Of a DNA stretch of 64,000 nucleotides, positions 1 to 11,767 are shown piece after piece. Location: positions 36,119-100,118 of the forward strand of contig JADJCP010000004.1 of assembly GCA_016703155.1 (NCBI GenBank), read 5' to 3'. The notes beneath the pieces were generated by a model that did no database searches, was not told the origin of the DNA, and worked only from the letters and a program-made list of their open reading frames with translations. The stretch's first letter is position 1. Each line of letters begins with the position of its first letter. The stretch comes from Hydrogenophilales bacterium (GTDB lineage Bacteria > Pseudomonadota > Gammaproteobacteria > Burkholderiales > Thiobacillaceae). The position numbers and the translations under genes were made by a program.

Positions 1-2010
<2,010 letters not shown>

Positions 2011-2061
2011 TTAGCCGCGTATGATAACCTACCCGGCTTTGCTGCATAAGGCACTGATACC

Positions 2062-2349
2062 ATGTCTCTTTCTCTCGACGATGTGAAACGCATCGCGCAC
2101 TTGGCGCGCATCCGGGTCAGCGCCGAGGAGGTCGGGCAAACGCGCGACCGACTCAACGGTATTTTCGAGTTGATCGCCGAGATGCAGGCCGTCGATACCA
2201 CCGGCGTCGCGCCCATGGCGCATGCCCGGGATGTCTTCCAGCGCCTGCGTCCCGATGTCGTCACCGAGCCGGATCGCCGCGCCGCTTACCAAGCCATCGC
2301 GCCGCAGACCGAGAACGGACTGTATCTGGTGCCGAAGGTGATCGAGTAA
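2062..2349 (+). CDS. gatC: Asp/Glu-tRNA amidotransferase subunit C
   Basis: 95 aa: [23 protein letters not shown]...[10 protein letters not shown]. It lies immediately upstream of gatA. Confidence 0.9.
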   Translation: MSLSLDDVKRIAHLARIRVSAEEVGQTRDRLNGIFELIAEMQAVDTTGVAPMAHARDVFQRLRPDVVTEPDRRAAYQAIAPQTENGLYLVPKVIE

Positions 2350-2354
2350 GCATC

Positions 2355-3902
2355 ATGGCACACTCCACACTCAAACAACTCGCCGATTTGCTGGCGACCG
2401 GAAAAACCTCCAGCGTCGAGCTGAGTCAGGACTACCTCGGGCGCATAACCCGCCAGAATCCGGGCCTCAACGCCTTCATCACGGTGGACGCCGAGCGCAC
2501 CCTGGCCGAGGCCCGCGCCGCCGACGCCGTGCGCGCCGCCGGCCAGGCCGGCCCGCTGACCGGCGTGCCCATCGCCCATAAGGACATCTTCTGCGCCGAA
2601 GGCTGGCTGACCACCTGCGGCTCGAAGATGCTGCACAATTTCGTCTCGCCCTACGATGCCCACGTGATCAGCCAGTTCAAGGCCGCCGGCATGCCCACCC
2701 TGGGCAAGACCAACATGGACGAGTTCGCCATGGGCTCGTCGAACGAGACCAGCTTCTACGGCCCGGTGAAAAACCCCTGGGACACGGCCCGGGTGCCGGG
2801 CGGCTCGTCGGGCGGTTCGGCGGCCTGCGTCGCGGCGGGCTTGGCCCCGGCGGCCACCGGCACCGACACCGGCGGCTCGATTCGTCAGCCGGCGGCGCTG
2901 TGCGGCATCACCGGCCTGAAACCGACCTACGGCGTGGTGTCGCGCTACGGCATGATCGCCTTCGCTTCCAGTCTCGATCAGGCCGGGCCGATGGCGCAGA
3001 CCGCCGAGGATTGCGGCTTGCTGCTCAATGTCATGGCCGGTTTCGACCCGCGCGATTCGACCAGTCTGGAAAGGGAAAAAGAAGACTACGCCCGCGATCT
3101 GGCCGAGCCCCACGACCTGATCAAGCCCTTGGCTGGCCTGCGCATCGGCCTGCCGAAGGAGTTCTTCGGCGCGGGCCTGACCGGCGACACCGCCAAGGCT
3201 GTGCAGGACGCCATCGCGCAGTTCAAAAGCTCGGCTCTACCACGGTCGAAGTCAGCCTGCCCAACTCCGGGTTTGTCCGTGGCGGCCTACTACGTCATCG
3301 CCCCGGCTGAAGCGTCGAGCAACCTGTCGCGCTTCGACGGCGTCCGCTACGGCTACCGCACCCACGACTACGCCGACCTCACCGACATGTACGAGAAAAC
3401 CCGTGCCGAGGGCTTCGGCGCCGAGGTCAAGCGGCGCATCCTGATCGGCACCTACGTGCTCAGCCATGGCTACTACGACGCCTACTACATCCAGGCCCAG
3501 AAGCTGCGCCGGCTGATCGCCCAGGACTTCGCCGAGGCCTACAAGCACTGCGACGTCATCCTCGGCCCGACCGCGCCGACCACGGCCTTCAAGCTGGGGG
3601 AGAAGGCCGACGACCCGGTGCAGATGTATCTCTCCGACATCTACACCATTGCCGTCAACCTGGCCGGCCTGCCCGGCATGTCGCTGCCCTGCGGCTTCGA
3701 TGCGCTGGGTCTGCCCATTGGCCTGCAACTGATCGGCGACTACTTCTCCGAGGCGCGCATGCTCAACGTCGCGCACCAGTATCAACTTGCCACCGACTGG
3801 CATTTGCAGCTTTCGCCAATTATGCGGATGGAGACTGAATACAAAGCGCTGGATGCGTTGCTTTCCGTGCCAGAGGCCGGAAAGAAGGGGACCATGGTAT
3901 GA
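2355..3902 (+). CDS. gatA: Asp/Glu-tRNA amidotransferase subunit A (amidase family), with a compensated frame slip at 3225-3274
   Basis: Amidase signature GGSSGGSAA and [11 protein letters not shown] are present. The segment [21 protein letters not shown] is out of frame. The alternative frame reads [15 protein letters not shown], the conserved GatA motif. The stop overlaps the gatB ATG. Confidence 0.9.
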   Translation: MAHSTLKQLADLLATGKTSSVELSQDYLGRITRQNPGLNAFITVDAERTLAEARAADAVRAAGQAGPLTGVPIAHKDIFCAEGWLTTCGSKMLHNFVSPYDAHVISQFKAAGMPTLGKTNMDEFAMGSSNETSFYGPVKNPWDTARVPGGSSGGSAACVAAGLAPAATGTDTGGSIRQPAALCGITGLKPTYGVVSRYGMIAFASSLDQAGPMAQTAEDCGLLLNVMAGFDPRDSTSLEREKEDYARDLAEPHDLIKPLAGLRIGLPKEFFGAGLTGDTAKAVQDAIAQFKSSALPRSKSACPTPGLSVAAYYVIAPAEASSNLSRFDGVRYGYRTHDYADLTDMYEKTRAEGFGAEVKRRILIGTYVLSHGYYDAYYIQAQKLRRLIAQDFAEAYKHCDVILGPTAPTTAFKLGEKADDPVQMYLSDIYTIAVNLAGLPGMSLPCGFDALGLPIGLQLIGDYFSEARMLNVAHQYQLATDWHLQLSPIMRMETEYKALDALLSVPEAGKKGTMV

Positions 3903-5083
3903 ATTGGGAAACCGTTATCGGACTTGAAGTCCACACGCAACTGACGACGAAATCGAAAATCTTCTCCGGCGCCAGCACGGCGTTCGGCGCCGAGCCGAAC
4001 ACTATCACCCGCGCCCATCTGGAAGAAGATGCCGGCAAGTCGCTGCACGAAGACTTTGCGGGCATGACCGGTATCGACCTCAACCGCGCCGGTACGCCGT
4101 TGCTGGAGATCGTCTCCGAGCCGGACATGCGCTCGGCCAAGGAAGCGGTGGCTTATGCCAAGGCATTGCATACGCTGGTGACCTGGATCGGCACCTGCGA
4201 CGGCAACATGCAGGAAGGTTCTTTCCGTTGCGACGCCAACGTATCCGTGCGCCGGCCCGGCGAGCCGCTCGGCACCCGGCGCGAGATCAAGAACCTGAAC
4301 TCGTTCCGCTTCCTGGAACAGGCGATCAACTACGAAGTGCGCTGGCAGATCGAGCAGATCGAAGACGGCCACAAAATCCAGCAGGCCACCGTGCTGTTCG
4401 ACCCGGACACCGGCGAGACCCGCATGATGCGCACCAAGGAAGACGCACACGACTACCGCTATTTCCCCGATCCGGACCTGCTGCCGGTGAAGCTGGAAGA
4501 AGACTGGATCGAACAGATTCGCTCCACCATGCCGGAATTGCCCGGCGCCATGTGCGAACGTTTCCAGCGCGACTACGGCCTGTCGGTCTACGATGCCGCC
4601 GGCCTGACCAGCCAGCGTGAAGCCGCCGCGTTCTTCACCGACACCCTGGCGCTGGCCGGCGAGGCGAATGCCAAGCTGGTCGCGAACTGGGTGCAGGGCG
4701 AGCTCTCGGCCAGCCTGAACCGTGAAGAGAAAAGCATCGCCGAAGCCCCCATCGCACCGGCCCAGCTGGCCGGCCTGATCAAGCGCATTGCCGACGGCAC
4801 GCTGTCCAACAAGCTGGCCAAGCAGGTGTTCGAAGTGATGTGGACCGAAGGCGGCGAAGTCGACGCCATCATCGAGGCCAAGGGCTTGAAGCAGATGTCC
4901 GACTCCGGTGAAGTCGAGCGCATCATCGACGAAGTGCTGGCCGCCAACGCCAAGTCGGTCGAGGAATTCCGCGCCGGCAAGGAAAAGGCCTTCAACGCGC
5001 TGGTCGGTCAGGTGATGAAGGCGACCAAGGGCAAGGCCAACCCCAGCCAGGTCAACGAACTACTCAAGAATAAACTGGGGTGA
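3899..5083 (+). CDS. gatB: Asp/Glu-tRNA amidotransferase subunit B, abnormally short (394 aa; internal conserved block missing)
   Basis: [35 protein letters not shown] then directly [13 protein letters not shown]...; C-terminal tail ...[25 protein letters not shown]. See the gatB finding. Confidence 0.85.
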   Translation: MNWETVIGLEVHTQLTTKSKIFSGASTAFGAEPNTITRAHLEEDAGKSLHEDFAGMTGIDLNRAGTPLLEIVSEPDMRSAKEAVAYAKALHTLVTWIGTCDGNMQEGSFRCDANVSVRRPGEPLGTRREIKNLNSFRFLEQAINYEVRWQIEQIEDGHKIQQATVLFDPDTGETRMMRTKEDAHDYRYFPDPDLLPVKLEEDWIEQIRSTMPELPGAMCERFQRDYGLSVYDAAGLTSQREAAAFFTDTLALAGEANAKLVANWVQGELSASLNREEKSIAEAPIAPAQLAGLIKRIADGTLSNKLAKQVFEVMWTEGGEVDAIIEAKGLKQMSDSGEVERIIDEVLAANAKSVEEFRAGKEKAFNALVGQVMKATKGKANPSQVNELLKNKLG

Positions 5084-5086
5084 TGT

Positions 5087-5144
5087 TGTAGGAGCCCGCT
5101 TGCGGGCGATGCGGCGCTGTATCGCCCGCAAGCGGGCTCCTACA
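5087..5144. repeat. REP doublet (convergent pair, BIME-like) upstream of the RAYT gene
   Basis: tgtaggagcccgcttgcgggcgat-gcggcgctgt-atcgcccgcaagcgggctcctaca: two 24-nt REPs in inverted orientation, each with a GTAG head and an internal palindrome gcccgcttgcgggc. Confidence 0.85.
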
Positions 5145-5186
5145 GGGTGGGAGATTTCGTATGCTTGATAGTCCTGCGGGACGCAG

Positions 5187-5621
5187 TTGCGCAAGGGCCG
5201 GGTTTCCGAGTCGGGTCGAATCTATCTGGTGACCGCCGTCACCGAGCAGCGCGTTCCGGTCTTTCGAGATTTCACCTGTGCCCGCCTGCTTGTCAGTGAA
5301 CTGCGCGCCGCAGATACCCTTGGCCTGTCCAAAACCTGGGCATTCGTGGTTATGCCCGACCATATTCATTGGTTGCTGGAACTGACCGAGGGCGAGCTTT
5401 CGAAGACGGTATTGCGCGTCAAGTCACGCTCGGCCATTGCCATTAATCGGGCGATGGGGGACGGCGGACAACGGGTTTGGCAAAAGGGATTCCACGATCA
5501 TGCCCTGCGCGCCGAAGACGATCTGCAACAAACCGCCCGCTATGTCATAGCCAATCCGGTACGTGCCGGATTGGTGGCATCGGTGCGTGATTACCCGCAT
5601 TGGGATGCCGCCTGGTTGTAG
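5187..5621 (+). mobile_element. REP-associated tyrosine transposase (RAYT; IS200/IS605-type Y1 transposase-like)
   Basis: 144 aa: ...GRIYLVTAVTEQRVPVF...AFVVMPDHIHWLLEL...(HUH motif HIH)...ARYVIANPVRAGLV (catalytic Tyr region). TTG start in the track. Flanked on both sides by REP doublets. Confidence 0.8.
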
Positions 5622-5673
5622 GAGCCCGCTTGCGGGCGATGCAGCGCTGATCGCCCGCAAGCGGGCTCCTACA
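5617..5673. repeat. REP doublet downstream of the RAYT gene
   Basis: tgtaggagcccgcttgcgggcgat-gcagcgctg-atcgcccgcaagcgggctcctaca. The RAYT stop codon TAG (5619-5621) is the TAG of the REP head GTAG. Confidence 0.85.
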
Positions 5674-5676
5674 ACA

Positions 5677-6759
5677 TCAGGCCACGCCCAACAGTGTCAA
5701 GGCGACGAAAGCCGCGAACAGGGCGAAGTGGCTGATGCCCTCGATGGCGTTGCTTTCGCCGTCGTGCAGGTTGTTCATCGCCGCCAGCAACGTGACCAGC
5801 AACATGGCTGCCTGGATCGGCGTCAAGGCCATGACGATGCGCTCGCCGGTGAACAGGGCGATGCCCTCGATCACTGGCAACGTCAGCAGCACGGTGGCCA
5901 GCGAGGCGCCCAGGGCGATGTTCATGGTGGTCTGCATGCGGTTGTTCTGAGCGGCGCGCAGCGCGGCCATCAGCTCCGGGCTGGCCGAGATCAGCGCCAC
6001 CATCACCGCCGGGATGCTCATCGGCAGCCCGGTGCCCTCCAGGCCAGCGCCGAGCAGCACCGACAAGACTTCGGAGAGCACGCCGACACCGGCCACCGAG
6101 CCGACCAGCACGGCGGCGTGCACCCAGTTCGGGCTGGCGGCGAGGTCATGGACCTCATGCTCGATGGCGCCATACTCGAAATATTGCCGGTGCTCGATGG
6201 TCTGCAAGCGCAGGAAGGCGATGTAGAGTAGCGCCATCATGCCCACCGAGAAGGCCGAGTAGGCAATCCACGTGTCGTCCGGAACGAAATCCGGCACGAA
6301 CATGCCGATGCCCAAGGCCACCAGCAGCATGGCGATGTAGCTGTTGGCCGAAGCCAGGTTGTATTTCTGGGCGCCGTGCTTCAGGCCGCCGATGATGGCG
6401 GCGATGCCGATGATGCCGTTGATGTCGAGCATCACCGCCGCGTACACCGTGTCGCGTGCCAGGGTCGGCGAATGGCTGTCGAACATCATGACCACCAGGA
6501 TGACCACCTCGACCGACACCGCTGACAGGGTCAGGATCATCGTGCCGTAGGGTTCGCCCAGGCGCAGGGCGAGCACCTCGGCATGGTGCGTGATGCGGAA
6601 GGCGACGCCGATGATTGCCGCCAGGATGACGAAGAACAGGCCCCACAGGAACAGCCCGCCGGCATGCAGGGCGGCATGTTCCAGCCCGAAGCCGGCGATG
6701 CCGACGCCGACGGCAGCGAACAGCGGCCATTCGGCGCGCAAATAACTGCCCTGGCTCAT
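5677..6759 (-). CDS. Calcium/proton antiporter family (CaCA/ChaA-like) membrane protein
   Basis: 360 aa, about 10-11 hydrophobic helices. Two internally similar halves carry GEPYGTMILTLSAVSVEV and ...ALISASPELMAAL / NIALGASLATVLLTLP, typical of alpha-repeat cation exchangers. Confidence 0.7.
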   Translation of the reverse strand: MSQGSYLRAEWPLFAAVGVGIAGFGLEHAALHAGGLFLWGLFFVILAAIIGVAFRITHHAEVLALRLGEPYGTMILTLSAVSVEVVILVVMMFDSHSPTLARDTVYAAVMLDINGIIGIAAIIGGLKHGAQKYNLASANSYIAMLLVALGIGMFVPDFVPDDTWIAYSAFSVGMMALLYIAFLRLQTIEHRQYFEYGAIEHEVHDLAASPNWVHAAVLVGSVAGVGVLSEVLSVLLGAGLEGTGLPMSIPAVMVALISASPELMAALRAAQNNRMQTTMNIALGASLATVLLTLPVIEGIALFTGERIVMALTPIQAAMLLVTLLAAMNNLHDGESNAIEGISHFALFAAFVALTLLGVA

Positions 6760-6762
6760 GGT

Positions 6763-7404
6763 TCAGGCGACTCCGTACTGTTGGCGATAGGCGGCGATGG
6801 CGGCGAGCAATGCGGCCGAGTTGGGGATCGCGCCGAGATACGTCATCAGGTCGTCGAGGGTGACGATGCTCACCACCGGCATGGCGTGCTGCTGCTCGAC
6901 TTCCTGAACGGCGGAAAGCGCGCCCAGGCCGCGTTCCATGCGGTCGACGGCGATGGCGACGCCGCAGGGCGTGGCCCCGGCCGCCTGGATCAGTCCCACC
7001 GACTCGCGCACCGAGGTGCCCGCCGAGATGACGTCGTCGACGATCAGGATGCGCCCGGCGAGTTTCGCGCCGACCAGCGTGCCGCCCTCGCCGTGGTCCT
7101 TCGCCTCCTTGCGGTTGTAAGTGAAGGGCACGTTGCGGCCCAGCGCCGCCAGGGCGACGGCGAGGGTCGCGGCCAGGGGGATTCCTTTGTAGGCCGGGCC
7201 GAAAATGCCGTCGAAGGCGACGCCGGAATCGACAATCGCTTTCGCGTAGAATTCGCCCAGCCGCTTCAGGGACTCGCCGTCGTTGAACAGGCCGGCGTTG
7301 AAGAAATAGGGGCTGAGGCGCCCCGCTTTGGTCTTGAATTCACCGAACAGCAACACCTGTTTCCGGATGGCGAACTCGATGAATTCCTTTTTGTAATCCT
7401 GCAT
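6763..7404 (-). CDS. pyrE: Orotate phosphoribosyltransferase
   Basis: Internal start [38 protein letters not shown]...; PRPP-binding motif [13 protein letters not shown]. 213 aa from ATG 7402-7404. Confidence 0.9.
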   Translation of the reverse strand: MQDYKKEFIEFAIRKQVLLFGEFKTKAGRLSPYFFNAGLFNDGESLKRLGEFYAKAIVDSGVAFDGIFGPAYKGIPLAATLAVALAALGRNVPFTYNRKEAKDHGEGGTLVGAKLAGRILIVDDVISAGTSVRESVGLIQAAGATPCGVAIAVDRMERGLGALSAVQEVEQQHAMPVVSIVTLDDLMTYLGAIPNSAALLAAIAAYRQQYGVA

Positions 7405-7426
7405 TTTCACGACTCGAACTGAACAC

Positions 7427-8206
7427 ATGCGCATTGTATCCCTGAACCTCAACGGCATCCGCTCCGCCGCCAGGAAGGGTGTCCTGGACTGGCTGGACAA
7501 GAGCGGCGCCGACATCGTCTGCCTGCAGGAACTCAAGGCCCAGACCGCCGACATGAGCGTCGAGATGTTCAACCCGCCCGGCTTCTACGGCTATTTCCAC
7601 TACGCCGAGAAAAAGGGCTATAGCGGCGTCGGAATCTGGTCGCGCAAACAGCCGGACGCCATCGTCGAGGGTTTGGGCATCGCCGACATCGACGCCGAGG
7701 GCCGCTACATCGAAGCGCGCTTTGGCAATCTCTCCGTGATCTCGGTCTACCTGCCCTCAGGCTCCAGCGGCCCGGAACGGCAAGCCGCCAAATTCGCCTT
7801 CATGGAACGCTTCCGACCGCATCTGGAAAGACTCATCGCCAGCGGCCGCGAGGGGGTCGTCTGCGGCGACTGGAACATCGCCCACACCGAGAAGGATCTG
7901 AAGAACTGGAAAGGCAACAAGAAGAATTCTGGCTTCCTACCCGAAGAGCGCGCCTGGATCGGCGAGTTGTTCGGCAAGGTCGGCTGGGTCGATGTCTACC
8001 GTAGCCTGTACCCGGATGTGGAAGGCGAAGGCTATACGTGGTGGTCGAATCGCGGTCAGGCCTGGGCCAAGAACGTCGGCTGGCGCATCGACTACCAGAT
8101 CGCCACGCCGGGCATCGCTGCCAAAGCCCTGTCGGCCAGCGTCTACAAGGCCGAACGGTTCTCCGACCACGCGCCGCTGATCGTCGATTACGATGACACG
8201 CTATAA
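7427..8206 (+). CDS. xthA: Exodeoxyribonuclease III
   Basis: 259 aa: [14 protein letters not shown]...CLQELK...[11 protein letters not shown]...[11 protein letters not shown]. Confidence 0.9.
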   Translation: MRIVSLNLNGIRSAARKGVLDWLDKSGADIVCLQELKAQTADMSVEMFNPPGFYGYFHYAEKKGYSGVGIWSRKQPDAIVEGLGIADIDAEGRYIEARFGNLSVISVYLPSGSSGPERQAAKFAFMERFRPHLERLIASGREGVVCGDWNIAHTEKDLKNWKGNKKNSGFLPEERAWIGELFGKVGWVDVYRSLYPDVEGEGYTWWSNRGQAWAKNVGWRIDYQIATPGIAAKALSASVYKAERFSDHAPLIVDYDDTL

Positions 8207-8232
8207 TGTTTTCCGAAAATCGGAAATTCGGA
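8202..8232 (+). promoter_or_regulatory. Candidate promoter -10 box and operator for the AbrB/PIN pair
   Basis: Perfect TATAAT at 8202-8207, overlapping the xthA stop. It is followed by TTCCGA-aaa-TCGGAA-a-TTCGGA (8211-8232), a palindrome plus a third half-site, just upstream of the antitoxin ATG. No convincing -35 was found. Confidence 0.3.
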
Positions 8233-8239
8233 GAATCGT

Positions 8240-8488
8240 ATGCCTGAAACGCTGATCGTATCGAATCGCGGCCAGATCACCCTACCGGCGGCCATGCGCA
8301 AGCATCTGGGCATCGTGCCGGGTGGTGCGGTGATCATTGACGAGCGCAATGGTGAACTCACCGTGAAGCCTGCGGCGGTATTGGAGATCGAGCCCTACAG
8401 CGATGAGCAGATCACCCGGTGGGATGCCGAGGATGCCCTCTCGGCAGGGGAAAGACAGCGCATTCTGGCCCGCTTGCAAGCCAAGTGA
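8240..8488 (+). CDS. AbrB/MazE/SpoVT-family antitoxin
   Basis: 82 aa: MPETLIVSNRGQITLPAAMRKHLGIVPGGAVIIDERNGELTVKP (swapped-hairpin AbrB-type motif). The stop overlaps the downstream GTG (GTGA). Confidence 0.75.
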   Translation: MPETLIVSNRGQITLPAAMRKHLGIVPGGAVIIDERNGELTVKPAAVLEIEPYSDEQITRWDAEDALSAGERQRILARLQAK

Positions 8489-8889
8489 CGCGCTTGTTCC
8501 TCGACGCCAACGTCCTGTTCACGGCGGCGCATAACCCGGTCGGCAAGGCCGCCCTGATCATTGAACTGGGTCAAGCCGGCCTTTGGCAATTGGTGAGCAG
8601 CGCGTATGCCGTGGAAGAGGCTCGCCGGAATCTCGCCAGCAAGTATCCGCACTGCCTGGAAACTCTCGAAAGGCACGTTGAGTCGTTGCGCTTAGTCACC
8701 GATCCGGGCGGGGCTTGCCCCGAGCCGCTGCCGGAGAAAGACTGCCCTATTTACCGTGCCGCTCATCTCGCCAAGGCGGATGTCCTGCTTACGGGTGATA
8801 TCCGTGATTTCGGCTTCCTGATGAAGGATCTCGCCAAGGCGGATGGCTTGATCGTTCAGACGGTCGCTGAATTCCTGGTGGCGCTATGA
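8485..8889 (+). CDS. PIN-domain toxin (VapC-like ribonuclease)
   Basis: GTG start at 8485: VTRLFLDANVLFTAAHNP...LLTGDIRDF..., with acidic PIN residues in LDANV and TGD. The stop overlaps the ampG ATG (ATGA). Confidence 0.7.
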   Translation: MTRLFLDANVLFTAAHNPVGKAALIIELGQAGLWQLVSSAYAVEEARRNLASKYPHCLETLERHVESLRLVTDPGGACPEPLPEKDCPIYRAAHLAKADVLLTGDIRDFGFLMKDLAKADGLIVQTVAEFLVAL

Positions 8890-10386
8890 TCGCTCGCCTT
8901 GGCGCCTTCCAGCGTCTTGCCGCCGTCCTCTTCCTCGGCTTCGCGTCCGGCCTGCCGCTGGCGCTGACCGGCCAGGCCATGCAGGCCTGGCTAACCGTTG
9001 ACGGTATCGATATCGCTACCATCGGCTTTCTGGGCCTGGTGGGCATTCCCTATACTTTCAAGTTCCTCTGGGCGCCCTTGATGGACCGCTTCGAGCCGCC
9101 GCTGCTGGGCCGGCGGCGCGGCTGGCTGGTATTGACGCAACTGGCGCTGGCGGCGGGGCTGGCCTGGATGTCCGGGCTGTCGATCCAGGAGAACGCGGCG
9201 CTGTTCGCCCTGGCGGCGCTGATCATCGCGTTTTTATCGGCGTCGCAGGATGTGGTCATCGATGCCTATCGCACCGATGTCCTGGCCGCGAATGAGCGTG
9301 GCCTGGGCGGGTCGCTGTCGGTGTTCGGCGATCGCCTGGCGATGATCCTCTCGGGCGGCATCAGCCTGATCTGGGCCGAGCAGTGGCAGAGCTGGCCGCG
9401 CGTCTACCTGACCATGGCCGGGATCATGGCGGCGGCGGCGCTGGTGTCCTTGCTGACCCTGCCTTCGGTGAGCAGCACCTCGAAGCCGCTGGCATCGGAC
9501 CCGAAAAGGAGCTGCTTCGGCTTCGCCGCCATGCTGCTCGGTTTCGCCGGCGGCTGGTTCGGCGCACGGGTAATCCTCCTTGCCGTCGGTCTGGACCCGG
9601 ACAGCCCCGAACAAGTGGTTGCAACTGCTGTTCATCCTGGCGCAACTGGCGGCGGCCCTGCCGATCGGCTACTGGGCGGCGCGGCGTTCCGGGTTCGAGA
9701 CCCTGAACCGGTCGCTGGACAGCTATTTCAGCCAGTCCGGGGCGCTGGCTTTCCTGCTGCTGATCATCCTCTACAAACTGGGCGATGCCTTCGCCGGGGT
9801 GCTGACCACCCCGTTCCTGATCAAGGGCATGGGCTTCAGCCAGGCGGAGGTCGGCATCGCCAACAAGATCATCGGCATCTGGCTGACCATCTTCGGTGCC
9901 CTCGCGGCGGTGGCGCTGATGCTGCGCATTTCCCTGTACCGGGCCTTGTTGGTCTTCGGGGGGCTGCAACTGGTGTCCAATTTCGGCTTTTATGTGTTGG
10001 CCGTCTCCGGCAAGGGCGCCTGGGGCAGCTTCACTTTGCCGCCTTTCGACCTGGGTTTTGTCGCCCTGGACCAGGCCAGCCAGATCGATGTCATGCTGAT
10101 GTCGGCCATCGCCTTCGAAAATATCGCCGGCGGCATGGGCACGGCGGCCTTCGTGGCCTTGCTGATGAGTCTGTGCAACCGGCAGTTCACGGCGACGCAT
10201 TACGCCATGCTGTCGGCCTTCGCGGCGGTCGGGCGAATCTATGTCAGTCCGCTGTCGGGGGTGTTGTCGGAGAGCATCGGCTGGCCGGCCTTTTTCATGT
10301 TCTCGGTGAGCATGGCCGTGCCGGGACTGATTGCGGTGTGGTGGCTGCGTGCCGCGATCGGGCGGCTGAACAGCGCCGCCCTCTGA
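8886..10386 (+). CDS. ampG: Muropeptide MFS permease AmpG, frame broken by a 1-nt indel at the C-run 9605-9608
   Basis: The N-terminal part (track ORF 8886..) reads ...FLGFASGLPLALTGQAMQAWL...FLSASQDVVIDAYRTD... The C-terminal part is in track ORF 9580..10386: ...NKWLQLLFILAQL...ILYKLGDAF...FENIAGGMGTAAFVALLMSLCN... The junction is at DSP|NKW. Confidence 0.85.
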
Positions 10387-10393
10387 GGCCCGG

Positions 10394-11026
10394 TCAGAAT
10401 TTCTTGTGGCGCTTCATGTGTTGCACCACCAGCGTCGCGACCTGCACGCGATTGTGGAAATTGAGCTTCTGCATGATGTTGGCGAGGTGGTTGCGCACCG
10501 TGTTGTCGGAAAGATCCAGCTTGGCGCCGATGACCTTGTTGCTGAAACCGCGCGCGACATATTCGGCGATCTCGGTTTCGCGCGGTGAGAGCTTGGCCAG
10601 AGGGGCGTCGACGTTGCCGCGCGACATCTTCTGCAGGATCGCCGGCGGGAACGCGCCGGCATCCTGCAGGACGATGCCGATGGCGTGGACGATCTGTTCG
10701 GTGTCCGAGGATTTCAGCAGATAGCCATCGACGCCGGCCTCGATGGCGGCGCGGATCTCTTCGTCGTCATCCTCGACGGTGAGGACGATGATCTTCATGC
10801 CGGCCTGCTTCAATTCCGGTACCAGATCCAGGCCATCGCCATCCGGCAGGCTGCGGTCGAGGATGGCGACATGCGCCTGACCGGGGCCGCTCAGCCAACT
10901 CCGTGTCGCGGCGAGATCGGCGCATTCGCCGACGACGCTCAGGCCTTCTTCGTTCTCCATGGCGCGTTTGACGCCCAGGCGGATCAGGGGGTGGTCATCG
11001 ACGATCAGGACGCGGATAGGGTTCAT
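10394..11026 (-). CDS. NarL/FixJ (LuxR-type HTH) response regulator, with no adjacent kinase
   Basis: 210 aa: VLIVDDHPLIRLG... receiver domain with phospho-acceptor ILDRSLPDGDG. The C-terminal LSPRETEIAEYVARGFSNKVIGAKLDLSDNTVRNHLANIMQKL is a LuxR HTH. Confidence 0.85.
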   Translation of the reverse strand: MNPIRVLIVDDHPLIRLGVKRAMENEEGLSVVGECADLAATRSWLSGPGQAHVAILDRSLPDGDGLDLVPELKQAGMKIIVLTVEDDDEEIRAAIEAGVDGYLLKSSDTEQIVHAIGIVLQDAGAFPPAILQKMSRGNVDAPLAKLSPRETEIAEYVARGFSNKVIGAKLDLSDNTVRNHLANIMQKLNFHNRVQVATLVVQHMKRHKKF

Positions 11027-11099
11027 GGCGGCAAGGGAGCGTGAATGGTGAGCGCATCATACCCCAGGCGTGTTCGCGTCGAGTATGTGAAAAACCCGC

Positions 11100-11758
11100 T
11101 TATTTCTTCACTGGCTTGGCGGTGGTTGCCTTGGCGCCCTTGCCGAGTTCCTTGCGCACCAGTTCGTCCAGGGTGGCGTACATCGCCGGGGTGCTGCCCG
11201 TCATGGAGGCGGAGGTGAGGTATTTACCGTTCACCGCCAGGGTCGGCACGCCCTCAAGCTTGTAGCTCTGAGCCAATTGCTTGGCGCGGGCAATTTTGGA
11301 GCTGGTACTGAATGAATTGTAGGCATCCCGGAGTTTGTTGGCGTCCAGGCCCTGTTTGCCAGCCCAGTCGAAGAACACGTCTGGATCGTCGAAGTTGAAA
11401 CCTTGCTGGTGCATGGCCTCGAAGACCTTGAGATGCGCCTTTTCCAGCGAGCCGGTGGCTTCAAGGGCGTAATAGGCGCACTGGCCTCCCATTTGTCGCT
11501 GAAGATCACCGGCTGGCGGATCACCTTGACGCTGGCGGGTTGTTTGGCGATCCAGGCTTTCAGGCTCGGCTCAAGCTGGAAGCAGTGCGGGCAGCGGTAG
11601 GAAAAAAACTCGATGATCTCGACCTTGGCCTTGGTTTCCTTGGGCTGGGCCGTGGCCAGAACCTGGTAATCGAAACCCGCCTCGCCGGCATTGGCCTGGA
11701 ATGCGGTGAACGCCAGCGGCAGAGCCAGGGCAAGGGAGGCGAATAGACGCACTTTCAT
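11100..11758 (-). CDS. dsbA: Thiol:disulfide interchange protein DsbA, frame broken near 11488-11494
   Basis: N-terminal ORF (11231..11758): signal peptide plus FFSYRCPHCFQLEP (CPHC active site). The C-terminal half is in ORF 11100..11492: ...YYALEATGSLEKAHLKVFEAMH...GVPTLAVNGKY. The two frames join at ...IFSDKW/GGQC... Confidence 0.85.
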
Positions 11759-11767
11759 GAGAGCTCC

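Noticed and set aside
3800-3902. An AT-richer ~30-codon C-terminal extension of gatA (…[35 protein letters not shown])
   Set aside because: It could reflect a lost stop codon or a small insertion at the gatA/gatB junction. GatA C-termini are variable, however, and I cannot distinguish this from natural variation without an alignment.
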